From Octopus vulgaris (Eukaryota), in the NCBI GenBank assembly GCA_951406725.2, contig OX597817.1, forward strand, positions 130,138,001 to 130,202,000: a DNA stretch of 64,000 nucleotides. The letters run 5' to 3'. A program made the translations under genes and the position numbers. Below, in pieces: positions 54,473 to 64,000 of this stretch. The first letter of the stretch is position 1. Each line of letters starts with the position of its first letter. The notes below the pieces were generated by a model. It was not told the origin of the DNA, searched no databases, and was given only the letters and a program-made list of their open reading frames with translations.

Positions 54473-55276
54473 GGATCTTTTCTATTTGGTTGCCAGCAGC
54501 TGCCAACGTCAATTTTCTGTTCGAATTTTTTTTCATATTCAGCGTAATGATACATTTTTAATGACGTGAAAGTAAGCTTCGCTATAAATCAATAAATAAA
54601 GAGTTATTGGTAATTAAAGTTGGAACATTTTGATAATTTTAGCCAATCATAAGCCACAGACACATTCCTGCCTGTTTCGATAGTAACAAGCGGAAACATG
54701 AGAACTCTTTTGCCTGTTGACAGTAGTCTTGTTTACTCGTTTCTTTTTGTCATTGAGCATTGAGGTGGTTGTAAGGTGTGCTAAAAATAACAGCTTAATA
54801 ATATTTTTTTCGATAAATCTTTTAAATTAAAGTTTATTTGCCAACATCTCGCTCAGAGATTTAAGACTAACTGTTTTTCTCTTTTTTGAGTTAACACAAA
54901 CATTTATTTACACGAAAAAAAATTACCGGAGAACTTTCGTGCTAAAAATAGTAGCTAAATAATATTCATTTACATAAAAGAAAATTACCGGAGACATAAC
55001 ACGTTGTTTACAAATATTGACAACACGTGCTATTTTCAGGATGTTGACGACAAAATATGCAGTCACGCACAAAATGACAGCTTCCAAATCTTGCTTCCTG
55101 ATTGGGTGAAAACGATCAAACTTTAAACCTCTATAACGTTTTAAAAACATTTTTCTGGAAAAAAAATTAAATAACTCTAGCAATTCTGTTTGGGTAAGTC
55201 TCTTATTATGCCAAATTTTATAATTTTCGGTAAACTCTAATTTTTGGAGTCGCTGGCAACCAAACAGAAAAGATCC
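54473..55276. mobile_element. Non-autonomous DNA transposon (~800 bp) with 25-bp TIRs, superfamily unassigned
   Basis: ggatcttttctatttggttgccagc and gctggcaaccaaacagaaaagatcc differ by one mismatch. It splits a copy of another dispersed repeat. Confidence 0.75.
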
Positions 55277-55578
55277 GTGCAAAGGACTCAAAACCGCCTT
55301 ATCCAGTGTGTCATTTTCTAAGACATCGGATGTCAATTAAGAAAGATCTGACTGCTATCTCTAGCATGCCATGCTGCACCCTCTGAGAAGGTGGAGTTAT
55401 TGTTATTGGTAATGCTGCTACTGTTGTTTGTATTATAATTCGCCCTGTTATTGCATTTACATACGAGACTTTTGCAGACACTGTTGACACCTTTCTTACT
55501 CACTTACTTACTCTCTCACAAGTTTTCACTCTCTTTCTCTCCTTCCGTCCATTTCTCTTTTTTCTACCTCTTCCTTCC

Positions 55579-55619
<41 letters not shown>

Positions 55620-56454
55620 ATATACATACATATACTTGCACACAGAAATACACATGTATACATACGCTCTAAAATATAAACAGACATGCGCATATTGTGC
55701 ATTCTACAACATGCACAATCACCTTGATACAGAGACTCGCCATTCCTATACACATATGCATATGAATGCACATAAAATGATATACTTAGATAAAACACAT
55801 GCCCATACAGACACGCCCATGCACACATACAAACACACACATGCGCGTACGCACACAAACAAACGTATACATATGTGCGCGCATGTGTACAAACAAATAT
55901 ATACACGTCCGCCTATACACATATAAACACACAGACAGACACACCTAAAATAGACACACACAATATAAACATTAATGGAAAAAGAAACGTACTCATATAA
56001 ACACAGTCACATACATGTTATATACTATACTCATACGCCCACACAATCGCTTTATCACTTTACCTTATCCCAAGTCACCAGTGTCAAAGAAAGCAGTGGA
56101 GTAGTGGTAGCGGTGGGGGTGCTGGTTATGGTGGCGGCGGCGTTGGTGGTGGTGGTGGTGGTAGTAGTGATGGTTGTGGTGTGGTGGTGGTGGTGGTGGT
56201 GGTGGTGGTGGTAGTGGTTTTGTTGTTAGTGTTGTTGTGATCGGTGGGGGTTGGTGGATAGCAGCAACGACATGTGACAGAATTAGAATTTATGGGTGGG
56301 GTAGCAAGGAGCGACGGTAGATGTCGTGACTACAGTAATAGCAGTAGGGATTGGTGATACAATTAGACTGATAATAATGGTGGTGGTGGTGGTGGTTGTG
56401 TTGGTAGAGGTGATTGTCCGATTGAAGTATTTATTAGCAAGCTGATGGTCGTGA

Positions 56455-57690
56455 TCCTGTCGTTATTATCTTTAGGGTAGAGCGCATCGTTAACTGTGAG
56501 CAGCTACCCATTTCTTCAATTGAATCCCTGTAGCTCTGTTTTCCTCCATATTGCAATAAGACAGGAGTATCTCACCACCGACATATCCATGTATTCATTG
56601 CTTTGATAATACTCCCTTTATTCTTGTATTCAGCATCTTCCTAATCCTTTTCGAGACTTCCCCTCATTTTTCTTTCAATTATCCTATCGTCCTGCAGTAT
56701 GCCTAGATACTCATGTCCTCCATTATCTCTCAGCAATCTAACAATATCCTCCATTATCTCTCAGCAATCTAACAATATCATCTTCTCATTTTACACCATC
56801 AGATTTCATTGTTCGGTCTCTGATAATTAAAACGGCACTTTTATTTACTCAGAACTGCACACCAGTATCATTGTTGAATATTCTTACTATCTGGGTCAGA
56901 GAGTCCAGATATTTTTCATTTTTTCGTTTACAGTTTGAGGTCATCCGTACAGTATAAGTTATGTAATTGGCTTTAGCAAGCTCGTAGGCAGGTCTGGGTT
57001 TTCTCAGTATACTTGTCAAAGGGATTAACCAATTGGCGAAAAGTAACGGAGAGAGCGTGTTTGTTTTATTATTGGTTTCAAATTTTGGCACAAGGCCAGC
57101 AATTTCAGGGAAAGAGTAAGTCGATTGCGTCGACGCCAGTACTCAACTGGTACATATTTTATCGACCCCGAAAGGATGAAAGACAAAGTCGACCATGGTG
57201 GAATTTGAACTCAGAACGTGAAATGCCGCTAATCATTTCGCCCTGTGTGCTAACGATTCTGCCAGCATGCCGCCTTATGCTTGCCTTATTATTATTAAAA
57301 GTAAATGCTAGCTTGCAGAACTGTTTGCGCACCGGACAAAAGAAAATGCTTAGCGGCATTTCGTCCGTCTTAGTCAACTTCCTCTCCTCTCAAAAACTCC
57401 TGGTCCTATGTTCTCATCGATTTTTTGAAGTTCCGTTTGGAAAAGAAAATGATGGTGGTGAGGGAAGTGCTACCTCTCAGTTAATTTGTGAAAAGATGGG
57501 TGGCTGTGACAAAAATGGCTAGAGTGAATGGCCCTACCCTAAGCATGCACCTGTGGACATATGGACTATTCAGTTTTGGATATTCTGTCTGAATAAAAAG
57601 ACTTGGTGGTCACATTTGGAACATCTTTGATTATAGGTTTGTTATCTAGCGTTGTGCGTGTGACATCCTGACCATGTTTTTTTGTTGGTT
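56455..57690 (-). mobile_element. R4/Dong-like LINE RT remnant, interrupted by a family N SINE (~57070-57277)
   Basis: LSPLLF...IPLTSILRK, LDSLTQIVRIFNNDTGVQF, HEYLGILQ and IKAMNTW...VRYS. Confidence 0.7.
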
Positions 57691-57789
57691 CAAATCTTAT
57701 GATTGACGGTGATGTTGATGTTGTTGTTGATGTTGTTACCGCTGAAAATAGTGGTAGTGGTGATGGTTGTAGAGGCGATGGGTATGGTG

Positions 57790-59647
57790 TGGAAGATGAC
57801 AATGATGATGATGATGATGATGATGATGATACGGTGGTTGTGGTGGTGGTTACGACGGTGGTGGTGGTGATATAGTGTGTACTTATAGTTGTGGTAGTTA
57901 AAGTACTAGTGTGCTACTAGTGATAGTTCTAGTGGTGTTATTGCTACTGCTGATTATGTGGTGGTAATGGTTATAGTTGTGGTGGTTGTTGTGCTGATGT
58001 TGGGGAAGAGAACGGTGTTGGTGGTCGTGGTGGTGTGGTAGTGTGGATATGGCATCGGTGACGATGTTGATGATGGTGGTAGTAGTGGTGGTGGTAGCAC
58101 TTGTGGCGGTGGTACTGGTACGGGTGCTGCTGCTGCTCGTGGTGAGTTGAGGTGATTATAGTGGTGGCGGTGATGACGTAGATAGTGGTTGTGAAGGTGG
58201 TGCTGTTATTGTTGTTGTTGTTAGTGGTGGTAGTAGTGTTGCTGCTGGTAGAGAGTTTGGTGTTGGTGTTGGTGGTGGTGAGTGTTGTAGTAGTAATTAT
58301 AACAGTGATGTGCCACCGTAGATTGCTACAGGTGGTGTTGTTGCTGTTGATGATGATGACGACGACGACGACGAAAGTAAGATGGTGGTAACGATGGAGG
58401 TCTCAGTGCTCAGGGTAGTAGTGGATGTGATGAAAACAGCCCTACAATGGAGCTGGTGTTGTAATTCACTTCGTGGCGTTGCTTGGCGGTAGAGTGATAA
58501 TTGACATGTTGGTAGCATTGACAATTATTTGAGACAAGGTGTTATTATTTCAGGCAGATTTGGTTGCTATTTTTAGCAGTCCGAGCGACCATGTAATGGG
58601 TCCTGAAGCGTCACTGACCATAGGTATGCTACACGAACAATACGGCCTAGGTCTACACAACAACGAAGGACCGATTATATGGTCGATTAGACTGCTAAAA
58701 ATAGTAACCAAATATGCCTGAAATAATGATTTCTTTATTATAGAAATCAATATTACAGGCAGATTTGGTTACTATTTTTTGCAGGCCGCATTATTCGTGT
58801 AGCACACCTATGATCAGTGGCATTTCATCCATGACCGTCCAGTCTTTTATTCAGATATAGGCTATCACTACACTGTCCAAATATGTCCTTCCGTTTTAAA
58901 TTTGGCCGTGTGTGGTTTTCGCGATGATTTGGCAATTATTTCTAATATGTCGAATAACTACGTGGGGATGTCGACGTAAATGGTGGTGGGGGGGGATGAT
59001 GGCAGTGACGATCGTCGGGTGAAGTGGGACGATAATTGGTGGTGATTATAATAGTAGTGATGGTTGTGGTGGTGGTAGTAGTGGTCGTCGTCGTCGTCAT
59101 CGTGAAAATGGTGGTGGTGATGATGGTGGTAGTAGTGATAGTGGTGGCGGTGGTGGTGGTGGTGGTGGTGGTGGTGGTGGTGCTTGTGGTAGTGGTGGTG
59201 ATGGCGACGGAGGTAGAGGTGTCGGCGGCGGCAGCGGCGGTAATGCTCTTTGCTTAATTACTGTTCTTGAGGATGCTTAATGGCAGAGTTACTGAGCCTA
59301 ACTTTCGTAATGAGGGAGGAAATTAAACTTGCTATTGTTGTTGCGGTTATTGTTGCTGTCGTTTAACCCCAGATTAACCCAGCCTTATCTACCAGACTTA
59401 TGATTTAAAAATTTTTTTAAATCCAGTTGTGGCAGTTCCTTTTTCTTATGTCCAGAAAACATTGGGCCACATTATCTAACGAGCCTTTTTTTAGGAAACT
59501 AGGGTGTGATTTCAGGGCAATTTTCCTGTTGTTTCTAGCGGTAGTGCATCAACATGTTGATTGAAACGCTAGGAGTAGCTACTGTTATAGTCGTTGATGT
59601 GGTGGTCATGGTGGTGGTGTTAGTAGTGGTGGCGATGTTGTTGTTGC

Positions 59648-59702
<55 letters not shown>

Positions 59703-60110
59703 GGTGGTGGTGGTTTTGGTGGTACTGGTATGGGTGGAGGTATGGTTTATTATTGAACAGACAAAAAAATTACACAAAAGTTGGCGTGTGAATTGTGGGG
59801 GTGGTACTGGACCTAATGAAGATGGTGGTGAGGGGCTAGGTGCTGATGATGGTATTGTTGGCGATCGTCGTCATCGTGATAATGGTGGTGGTGGTGGTGG
59901 TGGTTGTGTTAGTGGCGGCGGTGATAGTGGTGATACTAGTTGTAGTAGAAGAAGTAGAGGTGGTAGTGTTAACTGTAGTGGTAGTGATGGTGGTGGTGGT
60001 GGTGGTGGTGGTGGTAGTGGTGGTAGTGATGGTGGTGGTGGTGGCGGCGGTGGTGGTGACAATTGTGTTGGTCGGTGTTGGAGGAGTGGGTGAAGAGGGG
60101 TTTGTTGGTG
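57790..60110. repeat. Extended degenerate (GGT)n/(GTT)n/(GAT)n low-complexity zone with interspersed repeat fragments
   Basis: Direct reading. It produces the poly-V/G/T/P ORFs. Confidence 0.85.
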
Positions 60111-60414
60111 AAGAAGAACATTCCAAAGTGTGTGACGGTTAGGAATGCGATCTTTGTCTAGAGGTCAGGTCAAAGAGCGACATTAGGGAATGTTAAAAAG
60201 CTTATTATGTTGAGTGTTGATGGTGAGAGTGACCTTTTTCCACAGACACGAACAAACCAATTGATATATAACTCCAATCTTTCACACTGCTCTCTCAACT
60301 GACTAAAATGCCTGCTTTGTCTGTCTGTTTTATACCTAACTGTCTTTAAAACTAAGTCTCGCTTATATCTCAATCTATGCAGTACACACATACTCATAAA
60401 GCTGTGCGCGTGCG

Positions 60415-60551
<137 letters not shown>

Positions 60552-60762
60552 CTTGCCTTTAGACAGTGTACACCAACAGACGAAATTCAAACTAGCAAGA
60601 GTTTGACTCGATCAAAATAAAAATACTGTTAATCCCTAATATGGTATCGAGTCACCCCCAAACGGATATATATGCATAAACCACTATTGTTCCTGAAAGT
60701 AGTTTTTATATTTTCTACGGTTTGCTTGAATCTAACCGTCTTCCTACATCTCGATCCTTGGT

Positions 60763-61198
<436 letters not shown>

Positions 61199-61399
61199 GC
61201 AATAATAAATCTCTGAACGAGAAGTAAACAGTTGTAGCGAATTATATTTGCCACCTAAATGTGACGGACTCATAGGGAACGAGGCTACTGTAGTTTATAG
61301 CCCCAGGAAGAATCTCTTCCAGCTGGTTAACGACACACTGTGTCTGATTAGTATTTGCGAAGGGAAAATCATCGCTCTCATCTCTAGCCTTACGTGATA

Positions 61400-61443
61400 C
61401 ATACAGACCTGAGTTTCTGGGTAATAACCCGTCATCAGTGCGT
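61400..61443 (-). ncRNA. Hammerhead ribozyme motif, intact core with weakened stems, in cassette 61236-61490
   Basis: Minus strand gca-CTGATGA-c gggt tatt accc a-GAAA-ctcag-GTC^tgt, homologous to 21741-21785. Confidence 0.65.
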
Positions 61444-61599
61444 TATAATCACCAGTTAGCGATGAGAACTCATTCCAAACGAAAAATACTATATTCCGTG
61501 CTGCTACTGATTACTTCTCGCTCAGAGATTTATTATTGCTTGTTTCTCCTTTTTCGAGTTCAGCGACAGTTTGTCACTAGAAAAAGCATATAGTATTCG

Positions 61600-62408
61600 G
61601 TTATCATGCGATAACCGATGAAGGCTTTGTAAAGTTCACACCGAAGATATTACCCACATCATAGGCAGTTATCTAAGAATGTCATTGCGTTATTATTTAC
61701 TGATGAGACATGATATTGTAACCAAGACACTGTATGATGAGATCCACAGTATAGTAGTGGCTATAGCTACGCATAATATGAAAGAGTACTGGTAGAATGT
61801 CAATAAAATATAAACATAATAGACCAGACATAGTGATTTGGGACGGTGAAGAGAAACTTTACACATTAGAGGAAATCGGCTGCCCAGCGGATATCAACAC
61901 AGCTAAAGATCAGCAAAAAAGAAAATAGCTACTATAAACTATTGAGAAATTTACAGTTATTCTATCCGGATTACAAGTTCCGGTTTATACTTGTAATTAA
62001 TGGGGCCGTGGGATATGTAACGCAGGGCCTAAATACCAATCTTGAGAAATTAGGCTTCTCAAAACCAGAAAAGAGAAAGCTAATTCGAAGACTACAGATC
62101 CAATCCATCACTGGAACTGTAAAAAATCTGTAGAACTTGACAGAAGTTTATCATTTAGATATATATGAGCATGTCTAGATATGCAACTATGTGCATAAGA
62201 ATACATGCATAAAACATACATACATACATGCATGCATACATACATACATACATACATACATACATACATACATACATACATACATACATACATACCCTGT
62301 TGTTGATGTTTAAATTCTAATGAAGGAATCTTGGATCTAGATTAGAAACCGGGTCTTTCTCTATTGGCAAGACACCCTGAAATAAAACTAAACAATGACA
62401 TACATACA
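61600..62408 (+). mobile_element. REL-endonuclease LINE 3' fragment (same family as 16581-17175)
   Basis: RLCKVHTEDITHIIGS...MRHDIV, RPDIVIWD...EIGCPAD and LFYPDYKF...QSITGTVK, with a (TACA)n-containing 3'UTR. Confidence 0.8.
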
Positions 62409-62903
62409 CAAGGTGGAGTCATTGTGACCTAAGACTGAACCATTAGTCAAAGCTCACCTGAATTCAACGTAATTAATGCATTTGTGTGCGTACATATTTG
62501 CATTTATGCAAATGTGTGCCTTGTGTGTGTGTGTGTGTGTGTGTCTATCAATATCTATGCAAACAAATGTGTGCGTGCGCGTGCGCGCGGTTTTGTATTT
62601 TGTGTCTGTGTGTTTGTGTGGATATATTTGTGTCTGTCTGCGTGGGGGTGGTTGTAAGTGCCTGAATATGTATGCTTAGTGTCTCCTTATAACGATTAAA
62701 AAATGTCACGATCAGTTAATATTCACACGCTATTGTTGTTGTTGTTGCTGCTGCTGCTATTGCACTGCCACCACTACTACTACTACTATACTTATTATTT
62801 GTAAAAACCTGTTTATCCAGTTTTATCGATCGGTTGCTAATTGCAACATTTTAACTATTATATAATTTCTATAGAATATCACTGGCATTTCAGTGCCATT
62901 GCG

Positions 62904-62937
<34 letters not shown>

Positions 62938-62994
62938 ATACTACTGCTGCTGCTGCTGCTGCCACTACTACTACTACTACTACTACTACTGTTG

Positions 62995-63069
<75 letters not shown>

Positions 63070-63213
63070 GCAATAACAATAATGATGATGATGATGATGA
63101 TGTTTTCATTTTTTTGACACAAGGGCAAAGTATGAGGGGAACAATACAAAGACAGACAAAGTGTGGCGGTTTACATATAATGGAATGATAAAAGAGAATG
63201 TAAGAAATAAATA

Positions 63214-63277
<64 letters not shown>

Positions 63278-63279
63278 AA

Positions 63280-63987
63280 AAGAGGGGACACATGCATAGC
63301 ATACAAAAGTTTAAAAAGAAAGAAAGTGGTGGGGAGGATGATAGAGGTGTGGCCCTCCTGATACAAGAAGGCCTCTAGGGATAATCGAGGAACCCCACTG
63401 TCCGAGATTTCCCTGAAACAACAGGAGCAAGTGCTATCTCCAGTTCCTTCTCTCCGACTCATAGGTCTATGCTTAGAGAGGTACCATCCACTCTTGCCAT
63501 TTTCGCAATTTTCACCCACCTTTCAGTAAACTCATTCGAGAATAGCACTTCTCTTTCCATTCTCAATATCTTTTTCAAGTGAAACTTGAAGAGTCAATGA
63601 GAGCTCTACCAAAGAGGAATGTATCTGTCCCCATGCCTTTGAGCCTTGTCCACCGAACAACCCCTTTCGCTCAGGCACCAGGCAAAGGAAAACTGCCTTG
63701 CTTCCCCGATTGAAGGAGAGCGACGGTGCGATCATCACAACAGACTCGGCCGACAGACGGATCCGTCTCACACGTGACAGTAGCTGTTCGACATAACTCC
63801 AGAAGTCAGCAATGCCCGGATGCTGAACGAGGGTGTGCAGAACGGTTTCGTCACTCTGTACGCACCTCGGACAAGCTCATCTGACAGCACAACCGTGCCT
63901 GCAGAGTTTATTTCGAACCGGTAGTTTTCCCGGTAGCACTGCCAGGCCAAGGACATCTGGAAATTATCCATAATAGTTCCCGGCAAC
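63280..63987 (-). mobile_element. L1/Tx1-clade LINE 3' end
   Basis: SLAWQCYR/GKLPVRNKLCRHG...ACPRCVQSDETVLHTLVQHP..ADFWSYVE is a C-terminal zinc knuckle. The 3'UTR runs into (TTTC)n. Confidence 0.75.
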
Positions 63988-64000
63988 AATAATAATAATA

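Noticed and set aside
62317-62355. Hammerhead-like ctaatgaag...gaaaccgggtc in a LINE 3'UTR
   Set aside because: The core G5 is missing, there is no convincing stem I, and the segment is deleted in the sister copy at 17100.

Overview
AT-rich, microsatellite-saturated eukaryotic non-genic DNA with no recognisable host protein-coding exon. The repeat complement points by inference to a coleoid cephalopod such as Octopus. Almost all listed ORFs are translations of (TA)n, (CA)n, (TACA)n, (AAT)n or (GGT)n tracts. The real content is transposon-derived. It includes Tc1/mariner and Chapaev-like DNA transposon remnants, TIR-bounded MITEs and several tRNA-headed SINE families. It also includes R4/Dong-like, RTE-like and L1/Tx1-like LINE fragments, and a near-complete 4.2-kb Penelope-like element (RT plus GIY-YIG). 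Three things stand out. (1) At least eight minimal type-I hammerhead ribozyme motifs (four with intact catalytic core, most with palindromic stem III) lie in the Penelope 3' region and in several unrelated short non-coding cassettes embedded in (TA)n. (2) A full-length 5S rRNA copy is fused to the 3' tail of the local tRNA-SINE and inserted into a mariner, a candidate 5S-headed SINE or retro-chimera. (3) Fold-back inverted duplications recur, including a 596-bp near-perfect palindrome joined to a 371-bp copy of sequence 6.3 kb upstream. All coordinates were read by eye and element boundaries are approximate.
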